A DNA stretch of 64,000 nucleotides from Cyanidioschyzon merolae (lineage: Eukaryota), in NCBI GenBank assembly GCA_000091205.1, contig AP006500.2; one strand, written 5' to 3'. The position numbers and the translations under genes were made by a program. The notes beneath the pieces are model-generated. The model had not been told where the DNA came from and did not search any database. It worked only from the letters and a program-made list of their open reading frames with translations. Numbering within the stretch: position 1 is the first letter of the stretch; every line of letters starts with the position of its first letter. Shown here one piece after another: positions 1 through 10,257 of the stretch.

Positions 1-1019
1 CATTAGGCGCGGGATTTCCGTGCGGAGTTTCCGAGTAGCCCTATGGACCCGGTACAACTGGATTTCAAACACGCATCCGAATCGAGATGATATGCGACGT
101 ACTCGATATATAGTTCATGAATGATGGATACCACTATACAATTCATAAGTATAAGCCTCCATTTTCTCGTTTCCGTAGTCGTCATACATTTTCAAATCAC
201 AAGCGCTTCAAGTTTGCGCTCTTTCGGTTTCACGGCAACGCCAGTGCTGAATCCTTTTGCGACACTGCACTGACGACGGAGCGGTACGCGACATCGTCCC
301 TGGATGACGTGTTGACAGCCATACGCTGAACGATCCGTGAGCTTCTCACGTTCCATCACCGGATTCATTCGAAACACGAATCCCGCTCGCTTCCTGAGCA
401 CCCGCAAAGCCGCATTCGTTCCCAGAATGATTCCTGTCACGGGGGATACGCCCAGATGCTGCCGTCGATTCTCCTTTCGCGGAAACGGATGCCAGACGCT
501 GACTCCAGTTCTCGCAGCGATGGCGTAGCGTGCGGGACGTGTCACCGACTCGTACGAGGGCAGCGTCGACAGATCCACGATATTCGACTTGTTCCGCAGC
601 CCGAAAACTCATTCCGGTGCTTGTTTCATCATGCGGAACATCGCACTCCACAGATCCCCCATCGAATGGAGCAGCGTGCGCTTTCTTAGATATAGCGGAT
701 AGCGCTCTCGCCCAGATATGCGGATAAGCAATGCGCATCCGATGACCCCTGCTCAGACGCAACCTTCCCACATTACCGAAAAGAAAAATAAAAAACGTCT
801 CCCGCCAGCGCTGGAGCATATCAGCGTACACTGCGGAAGCCGCCAGTGCCGCCTTACGGACGCCGGGGCCGGCGTGCGCGCTCGTTCGCCACCGACCGAC
901 TCGCCGCCGCTTTGTTGAAACATAAAGAAACGCTGCCCGGGACGAGTGTCAGCGGTTGTGTTGCACGATCATCAGTGCTACTGAGACAGTTCGCATATTC
1001 CTCTAGTCTCGCAAGCAGT

Positions 1020-2552
1020 ATGGCAGTCCACAAGGCGTCTGCTCCTGTTGATGCTTCCCTCGAGGAGAAGCTGCGTAACCAGGTCGAGTTTTACTTCTCG
1101 GACTCGAATCTGCCGCGTGACAAGTTCCTTCGCGCACGCGTTGATGCAGATCCCGAAGGCTACGTCGATCTACAGCTCATTGTAACGTTCAAACGAATGA
1201 AGCAGCTGAACGCTACTGCAGAAAAGGTAGCAGCTGCTCTTGCGGGCTCCGAACTCGTCGAAGTGAGTCCGGATGGCCAACGCGTTCGTCGGAAAAAGCC
1301 TCTACCGCTCGATGATACGAGCAAGGAGCGCTCCATCTACGTCAAGGGGTTCAAACCAGGGGAGTCGCCCGCCGCTGAACCACCCATAGAGGACGTGATG
1401 GCCGTTTTTGAACCTTTCGGTAAGGTGCTTTCAGTGCGTATGCGGCGCAGGAAAGTGCACCGGCGACCGGGGCCTGTACCTGCTTCCGGTGACGGGGTTT
1501 GCTCGCCGAACGGCGAATCGTCGACCGCAACCCGACCTGAGAACGAGAGGCCTACCGCCTCAGAAACCGATGAACAAGCCGCAAGGCCGACCACTGCAAC
1601 CTCCCAGACTGCGGGCGACACCGACGCTGAGCAGTGTCAGAAGCTACGAGCGGGTGCATCGTCGGAGCACGAACTCGACGCCGAACGTGCTCTTGAGCCG
1701 TCGGCTGGTGGCCAGTCCCAAGACCTGGTACTCCATGATCATGATCGCGATCAAACGACAGTGATTTTCAAAGGCAGTGTATTCGTGGAGTTTGACTCCG
1801 AGGACGCCGTCGCAAAGGCACTGCAACGTCATGCGGAGCATCCGTTGTTGGTTCCCGGCACGCAAACTCCCTTTACGATTGAGCGCAAAGATCTGTATCT
1901 GAAACGAAAGAATGCCGAGGCGAAAGAAGCACGACGAGCGCGAAAGCTGCAGCGTACAGGTGCGCAGACAAAGACGGATGCGCCGTCAACGAAACCAGCG
2001 ACGAAACGATCCTTGCAGCAGGTTGCAGGCGATACAGAGAGCCCGTCGAGACCAGAGGATGCTGCTTTCGACGATGCCACAAGCCCGGGAACTGCTAGTG
2101 ATCGCGACTCTGCTGCTGGTACAGATACCGATGACGGCACCGATGTCTCGGAGGAGTCAGAGGAAAACGCTTTCGAACCTGGTCTGATTCTACGCATTGA
2201 AGGTCTAGGTCCCGCGGTAGACCGGGATGATCTTCGGCAGGCATTCTCGAAATACGGACAAGTCGGTTGGATCGACCACACCCGAGGCAACGAGGTTGCA
2301 CATGTGCGTTTCCTGGAGCCCGGGGCAGCCGCACAAGCGGCCACCTCTGTGAAGCCATCGTCGGTACTGGGCGGCTCCGACGTGCGCATGCTGGTGCTGG
2401 AAGGCGCTGAAGAGCATGCCTACTGGGAACGGATCCGGGAAGCACAGAGAGCCATTCGAGAGACCGAGAAGCGTAAGCGCAAACGTGAAGAGAAACGTCG
2501 CCTATCGCGAAACAAACGTCGTAGGTTTCGGAAGAGATCGCTGGAAGCATGA
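1020..2552 (+). CDS. La protein (La motif + RRM1 + RRM2, basic C-terminal NLS-like tail)
   Basis: La-motif signature EEKLRNQVEFYFSDSNLPRDKFL...GYVDLQLIVTFKRMKQL. RRM-like VIFKGSVFVEFDSEDAVAKAL. Second RRM LILRIEGLG...AHVRFLEPGAAAQA. C-terminal KRKRKREEKRRLSRNKRRRFRKR. Track ORF 846..2552 begins at GTG; first in-frame ATG is 1020. Confidence 0.8.
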   Translation: MAVHKASAPVDASLEEKLRNQVEFYFSDSNLPRDKFLRARVDADPEGYVDLQLIVTFKRMKQLNATAEKVAAALAGSELVEVSPDGQRVRRKKPLPLDDTSKERSIYVKGFKPGESPAAEPPIEDVMAVFEPFGKVLSVRMRRRKVHRRPGPVPASGDGVCSPNGESSTATRPENERPTASETDEQAARPTTATSQTAGDTDAEQCQKLRAGASSEHELDAERALEPSAGGQSQDLVLHDHDRDQTTVIFKGSVFVEFDSEDAVAKALQRHAEHPLLVPGTQTPFTIERKDLYLKRKNAEAKEARRARKLQRTGAQTKTDAPSTKPATKRSLQQVAGDTESPSRPEDAAFDDATSPGTASDRDSAAGTDTDDGTDVSEESEENAFEPGLILRIEGLGPAVDRDDLRQAFSKYGQVGWIDHTRGNEVAHVRFLEPGAAAQAATSVKPSSVLGGSDVRMLVLEGAEEHAYWERIREAQRAIRETEKRKRKREEKRRLSRNKRRRFRKRSLEA

Positions 2553-3373
2553 CGTGCCTTCGCGTACTGCACAACCGGCGCAACAGTGCCTAGAGCAGAC
2601 TTGTTACCGTTTATATTCGGTGTGATTCCGTTTCGTGGCGGGAGTCTGGATCAGCACTGAAACCTGGGAGGTGTTCCCAGGCGCTTCGAATGATGCTCGT
2701 CTCGTACGCATCTGAACGGTACGCGAACAGTGTGCGCCTCTTCTCGACGAGCAGCTGCCTTTTCGTCGTACAGCCATGATGCGTTTTGCGTAGCGCTTCA
2801 GCGGACTTTTCCTGTGAATGCCTGCGTAAAGTGTCCGCGAAGGATGCGGCAACGATCGACTTTATCGGGGTATGTCAGCGATGAAGGCCGCAGGTTCAAG
2901 GCTGGACGCAAGCCGGGGCCTCTGGTCAGGTCACCGGCAACCTGCCCGCTTGCCTGAGCGTCTAGTTCCGTGGATCCATCACGTAAACGCAGAAAGACGG
3001 GCAACCCTAAGGCAAGCCTTCTTTTCGGCAACGCTCGACACGTGCAGACCCCATGAGCTGCAAGTGGGTGACACAACCGCAGGTCACTGCGACAGCCAAA
3101 CACGGGTGACCAGGTGTCGCGTTCGCCTTGCGTGGTCCCTTTGGACTAGAATGCAGCGTGGAAAGTGCTCGCTTGCACCTATTGCTGCTCAACGGCTGGT
3201 GTTGCTGCACCTGCACCAACACCAGCTGCTGCTGCTGCTGCACTTGTTGGTAGTCTAGGCGACGGACAGCAAGCCGGCGCTTCACGCGATAGCGTTGTTC
3301 ACGTCTTCTTCCAAGCAGAGGTCACTGGCTTTCAGGAAACACCAAAATCGGTCGTATCCGAAACATTTATGCT

Positions 3374-5368
3374 ATGCGAACGACTGAGCTTCCCGAGTCG
3401 GCGGAAAATGAGCCGTTGGAGTGGCTCGAAACCCTCATGTGCCGCACCCTGGGAGAAGCGTTTGCGCTCGCTCACGGGGAAAGTGACCAGGGCCGAGCGC
3501 ACGCTCTGAGCACCGTTCACCAAACGAGTGTGTGGGAGAGTCTTGTACCCATCGCTCTGAAACGCATCACTGACGGTGCTCAGCGCGTTGCCGCCAACGC
3601 CGAAGCCAACACTGGACTCGCCACTAGCAGCGGCAGCGGCAGCAGCAGGACGCTGGCAGCACTCGAGGCACTCTCCACGCTCAAACGACGGCAGCGCCAG
3701 CAGCATCAAGCACAGCACGCGCTGGAAAACGCGGTACAACGGCTATATCTGACGGACTCGTTTGCTAGTCTGGAGACACGGCTAGAGCAGCAAGTACGTG
3801 CGCTCTGCAGACGCCTCCGAGGACTGGACCTCTATACCGATGAGAACGGCGACGGAGTCGTGCTCACCCTAAGCAGTACCACCATGCTCATCGATATCGA
3901 CGCGAGGACCGCTCACACACGTGTACGATACGTCGACGAGCACGGCACCGAAGTAGACGACCCGTATGCGGAGCGAGACATTCGCGAATGTCTGCTTCGT
4001 GGCGACATGGACGGCCTTGCGAATCGGTTGCAGGTTCTCCTGGACTTGGAAGAACTCGCTTCCGAACCGAGTCTCCGGGCGACAATGCACCCACGCACTT
4101 GTCTGATGACATGGAATGATGCACTGGTTGCTAAAACGGCGGATGCTGCAACGCTCTCGCTGAAGGCTTGCGCGCAGTGCAACGTACCGTTGGCCTCTGT
4201 GCGACGCACAGACGGTTTATCGCTAATCTTTGACGTGAAACCGTTGGCGCTTTTCGTTCCGGAATGGCAGAATGCGACGCTGGAGCAGGTGTCATCCACG
4301 TCCGTGGTTCGCAAAGCGCACCTGCGCTTCGAGCCTGTCGTCGTTTCCGTCGATGGTACCGTCACAACGTGTGTACGACCGGTGCTCCTGCTGGAAACGC
4401 CACTGCTGATCACCACATCGATCTGGAGAAGGTGCCATTGCCCTGCGGACGACGGTACACAGAGGGCAAGTGTTGCACCAGCGCCGTTGCAGACGTCGGG
4501 TTGCGGGGTACGGCGCGTATCGCTCTGGCAACTCCTGCTACAACGAAACGAACACCACCGACTTGCTCGGCAGCATGCATCCGACGAGCAGAATGGCCCA
4601 CGAGCAGCAAGGCCTGAAGCCGTCGCTTTTGAGGCTGTGCCTCCTAGTCCAGCGCGATTACCTGCTGCGTCTGGAGCGACACCCACATCGCCACATGGTG
4701 TGCAGTTCGCCTTCGATGAGAGCGAACCCGCGCTTTGGATCCATCGCATACCGCTTGCGGAGGTTGATGACGTCCTGCGGATAGCGCCGCTTCTACGCCA
4801 GCAATGGGTTCTTCTGGATTTAATGGAGAGCCTTCTGCCGTCTTGTGTAGCGTCGATATCGGACAGGCTCAGGGAGGGAGCGCCCTGTCCAGCTTGGCCT
4901 ATGGGATTGCCGGCGAGTGCAGCTACTGCAGCTGCTGCCCCTGCAGTGCGCTCAATGGTAGACGAACGCTGGGCCGATTCCGAGGCATCCTCCGTTCAGA
5001 CAAGGACGCACGATATCCCTTGGAATGGTCGGTGGCGTGCGCGGCAAGAGCACCGGGATGACCGTGCGGTTCTCATCCTGGATGCGGAGCGATGCCCGAG
5101 TGCAGCCTCTTCGGTGTCGTTGTTCCAAGCGGCATGCGAGGCTACCAGTCCAGGCGCTGAACATGCGGATGTTGGCGTGACGTCGCCCTCACCAGCACCG
5201 AGGCGGCTTGAGATTGTTGTTTGCGCTGACGGAGGTCTGCGCGTATTCCAGAACGGTGAAGATGATCCACGCTTAAGCAAACTGGTACAGACTTCGCGCA
5301 ATATTCCGTTATCGATAGCCGTTGCCACCACAGGCGCTGCAATTCGCGCGAATCGGATAGTTTCCTGA
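3374..5368 (+). CDS. hypothetical protein (664 aa), no recognisable domain
   Basis: Longest ORF in the region and starts at ATG. An antisense 278-aa ORF (3913..4749) is judged spurious. No motif recognised, so coding status is inferred from length only. Confidence 0.4.
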   Translation: MRTTELPESAENEPLEWLETLMCRTLGEAFALAHGESDQGRAHALSTVHQTSVWESLVPIALKRITDGAQRVAANAEANTGLATSSGSGSSRTLAALEALSTLKRRQRQQHQAQHALENAVQRLYLTDSFASLETRLEQQVRALCRRLRGLDLYTDENGDGVVLTLSSTTMLIDIDARTAHTRVRYVDEHGTEVDDPYAERDIRECLLRGDMDGLANRLQVLLDLEELASEPSLRATMHPRTCLMTWNDALVAKTADAATLSLKACAQCNVPLASVRRTDGLSLIFDVKPLALFVPEWQNATLEQVSSTSVVRKAHLRFEPVVVSVDGTVTTCVRPVLLLETPLLITTSIWRRCHCPADDGTQRASVAPAPLQTSGCGVRRVSLWQLLLQRNEHHRLARQHASDEQNGPRAARPEAVAFEAVPPSPARLPAASGATPTSPHGVQFAFDESEPALWIHRIPLAEVDDVLRIAPLLRQQWVLLDLMESLLPSCVASISDRLREGAPCPAWPMGLPASAATAAAAPAVRSMVDERWADSEASSVQTRTHDIPWNGRWRARQEHRDDRAVLILDAERCPSAASSVSLFQAACEATSPGAEHADVGVTSPSPAPRRLEIVVCADGGLRVFQNGEDDPRLSKLVQTSRNIPLSIAVATTGAAIRANRIVS

Positions 5369-5774
5369 CAAGCTAGCGGGAGTGCTCTGTGTCTACGTGT
5401 CCCTGGGACTTGGTCGTCGTAACGCCTCGCTGGTGTCGACGGAGCGTTCATCATATCGAGGCTGGAAACGTATACAGCAGCGTCTGTGGAGCGCGTTGGG
5501 AGCCGGAGGCCTCCATCCTGAACCGATACCAGGGTGCTTGGGAATGAGCATGATGCCTCGTTTCCATAAATCGTATGGAGCTTACGAGGAATGATTAGAG
5601 CACGAGCGGCGATTCTGTTTCATGGGAAATGCCGTAGATCTCCCTGGCGTTGCTCCAGCGATAATGGTTGTGCCTGCACGTTTGCGACGAGTCTGCTGTA
5701 GGTGCGGTTTATCTCCATCATGACCGGAACGGTACCGGCTCCACGATGGAGCGTCTCTTCGACTGCGTTAGGAG

Positions 5775-5775
<1 letters not shown>

Positions 5776-5832
<57 letters not shown>
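5776..5832. repeat. (CGT)19 trinucleotide microsatellite
   Basis: Direct reading: cgtcgtcgt... uninterrupted for about 57 nt. Produces a poly-Arg run in track ORF 5668..6054, which is probably not a gene. Confidence 0.9.
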
Positions 5833-5837
<5 letters not shown>

Positions 5838-6018
5838 ACTTCGCTTCCCAGCCCTAGTCCATGATACTCAGAGCAGGTCATTCTGGAGTACCTGTACCAG
5901 CGCGCGCTTCTGGCTCAAAATAAGACGATTTCAGTGCTGCTGTCGTTCGCGGAGCGGGACCCCAGCCCCATTGACGTATGTTCGCGGGGAAGTTCATCTG
6001 GATGCTTGCGAGCTTTGC

Positions 6019-6827
6019 TCAACGTGCACATGTCGCATTTCCTCAATGTCTTGATGCGGTTCCGCGTGGGGCAACCCGCCTTGCCATGTGATGCTTGAGC
6101 GCTTCCAGAAACGTGGCACTCAACGTGCACATGTCGCATTTCCTCCACGTCTTGGTGCGGTTCCGCATGGGGCAACCCGCCTTGCCATGTGATGCTTGAG
6201 CGCTTCCAGAAACGTAGCACTCAACGTGCACATGTCGCGTTTCCTCCACGTCTTGGTGCGGTTCCGCGTGGGGCAACACGCCTTGCCATGTGATGCTTGA
6301 GCGCTTCCAGAAACGTGGCACTCAACGTGCACATGTCGCATTTCCTCCACGTCTTGGTGCGGTTCCGCATGGGGCAACCCGCCTTGCCATGTGATGCTTG
6401 AGCGCTTCCAGAAACGTAGCACTCAACGTGCACTTGTCGCATTTCCTCCACGTCTTGGTGCGGTTCCGCATGGGGCAACCCGCCTTGCCATGTGATGCTT
6501 GAGCGCTTCCAGAAACGTAGCACTCAACGTGCACATGTCGCGTTTCCTCCACGTCTTGGTGCGGTTCCGCGTGGGGCAACCCGCCTTGCCATGTGATGCT
6601 TGAGCGCTTCCAGAAACGTAGCACTCAACGTGCACATGTCGCGTTTCCTCAATGTCTTGGTGCGGTTCCGCGTGGGGCAACACGCCTTGCCATGTGATGC
6701 TTGAGCGCTTCCAGAAACGTGGCACTCAACGTGCACATGTCGCATTTCCTCAATGTCTTGGTGCGGTTCCGCATGGGGCAACCCGCCTTGCCATGTGATG
6801 CTTGAGCGCTTCCAGAAACGTGGCAAC
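6019..6827. repeat. minisatellite, 101-bp unit x 8 tandem copies
   Basis: Unit: caacgtgcacatgtcgcatttcctccacgtcttggtgcggttccgcatggggcaacccgccttgccatgtgatgcttgagcgcttccagaaacgtagcact. It repeats with period 101. Track ORFs on the minus strand at 101-nt offsets with near-identical 100-aa translations are an artefact of the array. Confidence 0.9.
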
Positions 6828-7389
6828 TTGCGAGCGATGAAAGCGACCTCGGGCCGGAAACGTTGCACCCCGTCTCCTCGGCGCGTGAACGCTTCTCGGT
6901 ATCGCGTCCTGAGTGCTGTTGCCTGTGACTTTTGTCCTTGCAGGATCAGCGATCAACGATTTCGCTGTCTGGTACGCGTGCAACCCATGATGCATAAGGG
7001 CGCTGGCTGCGTCCGCCAGGGACTGTACAACGCCAAACCAACCGCTTAATGCATCGTAGTTCCGTTACCGCAGGAACATCAGGACCCGTTCGAGCGAGCT
7101 AGGCTCTGTGGTACGGCAGCGGTACGAAAAGCACCAGCGTATAGCGTTGTGTGTCGGAGCAGAGCCTGATTTTCTAGCGCGCTTACCCGTACACACTGCC
7201 GAGCGACCAAGCGAAAGAGCCGCTTGATGCTTTGGACTGCAGGTACGCGTATTTTATGGTGAGTCATACCGTCGAGCGGACCAGAGACCTCGTCTGCTCG
7301 GATTTGCAGTGCGTTGTCCAGTTTGTTACGCTGCCACACACCAGAACCGGCACGTCTACCAGGAGGATGCTCCTGCCGGCTCTACAACC

Positions 7390-9648
7390 TCAGATACGCT
7401 CACTGGTCGACTGGACGGCCGCTTCGCAGACACTCGTCATCTCTTCCTCTGCTTGATAGAAGCTGTGGCGATCATGTGCACGTTCCTGATCCGGGATACC
7501 CAGAGAAACGGGTCGACGGAAGCGCAGGCGAACGAGCCACTGCGCTGTCGAGGACGTCGTCGCACTCACCGGACGCTCGAGTTGCACGACAACTTTGCCC
7601 CGCTGGCCAAACGTCCGGACGATGCGCCCCGAGACGCATGCTCGAACTGCTTGCCGACGATATGTATCCGCTGGGCATCCAGGCGGCTGCGCTGTGCTGT
7701 CGGTAAGCAACTCCAGCCGCACTCGTAGGCCCAGAATGCGCTCTGGGTGCTGCAAGTCGCGATCGAAGAGGTCTCGTACCAGGCAGCAGGCTCCGTCCTG
7801 GAGAAAGCGCTCTACGCGACCTATCCGTTCTTTGCGTCGGTATACACGGATCTGTCGAGCGACGGATGCGAGCCGCTCGCTTCCAGCGTCCAAGTGCGTC
7901 GTTGTCGGCATTTGCGTCGATAAAACCGCCTCTATAGCCAGAACAAAGCGTAGTCGCAAGTCGGGAGATTCGCCGTCTGGGCCGGCGCGGCGCTCCAGTC
8001 TCGCTTTTCTAGCCGCCGTTGCAGCCTCCCAGTGAGCATCTGATAAAAGCGCGACTTGAAAAGGCGTCAATGGTACTGGTCGCCTGGCGTCCGCCGCACC
8101 CCTCCCTAATTCAAATGGCAAGAAAATGCACCTCTCGAGACGCAGCACCACGAAACGCGTACGTTCTGCGGAGCACGTCGCTGTGCTAGCGTCTGCCTCC
8201 GTGGCACTCGCCAGGCATTCGTATTCACCGGCGGCATCTGCAGCTGCGAGCCAGTGCGTCACCCGGCCGGGAACAGTGGTCAACGCTAGGGTCAACTGCC
8301 ACTGGCGTGAGAGCGACGGTACCTGCCCTGGTGCAGGGTGATGCTCGGCACATGTCGCGATGGAGAACGCGTCTCCTCGCGCTGCCCCTGGATGAGTCAT
8401 GTCGAGTACCCGCTGCACTCGCATCAACAGCTTCTCGACCGGGTAAAACTCGATCAGGTTTGCCGGCGCATACACAAGACCTCGCTCCCAGGCGTCTCGC
8501 GGTGCACGCTGCCTGTGACTGGCAGTTTTGTTGCCACTGGCTTGTTTGCTCTTTTGAGCAAGGCTGCCAGATTTGGTACCAGGTGTGAGACCTAGAGCAG
8601 CCCGGTCGCCGGCAACAATTTCTGAGACCGATGATCGATAGACCTGAATAGAGCGGACGCTACGAGCATCCGCAATAAGGCGTTTCTTGGTGCCCTCGCT
8701 CCTGCTCTTGGTGCTGGCGACGCCCGCGCCCACAAACGCAGCGTGAATGACCTCCCCGATGCGTAGTCGTCCTGTCAGGAGAATACCCGTGAGCACAGTG
8801 CCCTGTCCGGTAACCTCAAAAGCGTGATCCACTGCGAATAGCGCATAGGGTTTCCGCTGGAGCCGGAGGCGCTCCTGCCATAGTCCACTGGCGAGCGCCT
8901 GCTCGGCTGCTGCCTGCACAGCCTGTGCTAGGGCCACAACGCCCCCGATATCGTCGTTATCAGCAGCGGGGAACAAAATGGAATGTTGGTGTTGTTGGTG
9001 TCTTTCGAATGCGGTTCTCCGAGCATCGGTTCCGATCCAGGTAGGAATCGTTGCCAGCGGTGTCGGGAGCCACCACCGGTTCGTGGACACATAGGCCTGC
9101 AACTGTTGGAGACGCTCCTCCAGGACTGCGGGCTGGTCTCGCACCCGATCACATTTGTGGAGCGCAACCACGACGTGTTTGGTGAAAATCGCAGCGAGGG
9201 CAAGACATTCGAGGGTTTGTGCTTGGATACCTGCACTGGCATCGACGACAAGCAGCAGGAGGTCCATGACGCTCGCCCCCAGTAGCACCGTTCGTAGCAG
9301 CGATGCATGTCCGGGGCAGTCAATCCAGGTCAGTTGGAGTCCCTCGTACGAAACATTCTCCAAAGACGCTGCTTCATCGTCCACAAGTTGCACCACAACT
9401 GGGCTCGCTGGCAGTCGGGTACACGAGAACCCCAGGTCGATCGTTCGACCGAGCTCCCGACTCGCGGGGTGCTTATCCAGTGCCGCTGTCGACAGTATCT
9501 CGCTTAGGAAGCGCACCAGCGTGGTTTTTCCGACGTCAACATGTCCCATGACGGCCACGTTGATGTTGAGGAAGCGACGCGTTTGCACTAGAGGTTGCCG
9601 AGCGAGCGACTCGTACCCTGGCCGTGTCGAGCGACCAACTCCAGGCAT
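7390..9648 (-). CDS. EEFSEC: selenocysteine-specific elongation factor (eEFSec/SelB family GTPase)
   Basis: G1 motif GHVDVGKTTL. DCPGHASLLRTVLLGASVMDLLLLVVDASAGIQAQTLECLALAAIF aligns almost residue-for-residue with human eEFSec DCPGHASLIRTIIGGAQIIDLMMLVIDVTKGMQTQSAECLVIGQIA. G4-like HKCD. Track start 9708 is TTG; first ATG is 9648. Confidence 0.85.
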   Translation of the reverse strand: MPGVGRSTRPGYESLARQPLVQTRRFLNINVAVMGHVDVGKTTLVRFLSEILSTAALDKHPASRELGRTIDLGFSCTRLPASPVVVQLVDDEAASLENVSYEGLQLTWIDCPGHASLLRTVLLGASVMDLLLLVVDASAGIQAQTLECLALAAIFTKHVVVALHKCDRVRDQPAVLEERLQQLQAYVSTNRWWLPTPLATIPTWIGTDARRTAFERHQQHQHSILFPAADNDDIGGVVALAQAVQAAAEQALASGLWQERLRLQRKPYALFAVDHAFEVTGQGTVLTGILLTGRLRIGEVIHAAFVGAGVASTKSRSEGTKKRLIADARSVRSIQVYRSSVSEIVAGDRAALGLTPGTKSGSLAQKSKQASGNKTASHRQRAPRDAWERGLVYAPANLIEFYPVEKLLMRVQRVLDMTHPGAARGDAFSIATCAEHHPAPGQVPSLSRQWQLTLALTTVPGRVTHWLAAADAAGEYECLASATEADASTATCSAERTRFVVLRLERCIFLPFELGRGAADARRPVPLTPFQVALLSDAHWEAATAARKARLERRAGPDGESPDLRLRFVLAIEAVLSTQMPTTTHLDAGSERLASVARQIRVYRRKERIGRVERFLQDGACCLVRDLFDRDLQHPERILGLRVRLELLTDSTAQPPGCPADTYRRQAVRACVSGRIVRTFGQRGKVVVQLERPVSATTSSTAQWLVRLRFRRPVSLGIPDQERAHDRHSFYQAEEEMTSVCEAAVQSTSERI

Positions 9649-10257
9649 ATTTTGGAGTACGACGGAGAACGAGCCTTCAACAGGTGACAGTGTCTCTCTG
9701 GTGTTCAAAGAAAACCACAGAGGCTACAGACATGGATCGCTAGGTCAGCAGCAAGTCCAGTTTTCTGCTCTTGTACAGAAGCTCCCGCCCTGTTCCAGCG
9801 ATCGTCGTAAACAGAGACCCCACTTGTTTCGTTTATCTACAGTTGAAACGACTTTTTACGAAGCTCTCTTCCTCGAGCGTAGAGGCGCTCAGGCACCAGG
9901 CTCGCCCCAGTGTGCTCCGCGAGTTGTCCAACAACAAACCCCTGTGGACAACCGTCCGTCTACTTTTACCTGACTCGAGTCGAGTCCCGCAGACATACGC
10001 GAGAGTGTCTAGTGAACGCTTCACAGAACGCAAACGCCGTAAAAACGAGCCCGACGCATCGCCTGGATACGTCGTTCACAGGAGCGCTAAGCGCTCCAAG
10101 AAGCAGTCGGTTTCTTTTCAGCTGGTGCGGGATCGTTCACTCACGGACCAGGAGGCCCCAAAAGTGCGACTTGTGACGACGTCTGGCAGAACGTCTGCAA
10201 TACTGGTCACAACGCACGTCGGTTTTGGCTTGGGGTTTCCCAGTCACGCTGCCAGTC

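Noticed and set aside
846-1019. N-terminal extensions implied by the ORF track for many genes (e.g. La from 846, eEFSec from 9708, CSN2-like from 44603, sigma factor from 57045)
   Set aside because: Checked against the nucleotide sequence: these track starts are GTG or TTG codons. For a eukaryotic nuclear genome the first in-frame ATG was used instead.
6043-6868. Series of ~100-aa minus-strand ORFs with near-identical translations (MLRFWKRSSITWQGGLPHAEPHQDVEE...)
   Set aside because: They are a by-product of the 101-bp tandem array. The unit length is not a multiple of 3, so each ORF simply spans three units in rotating frames. No independent coding evidence.
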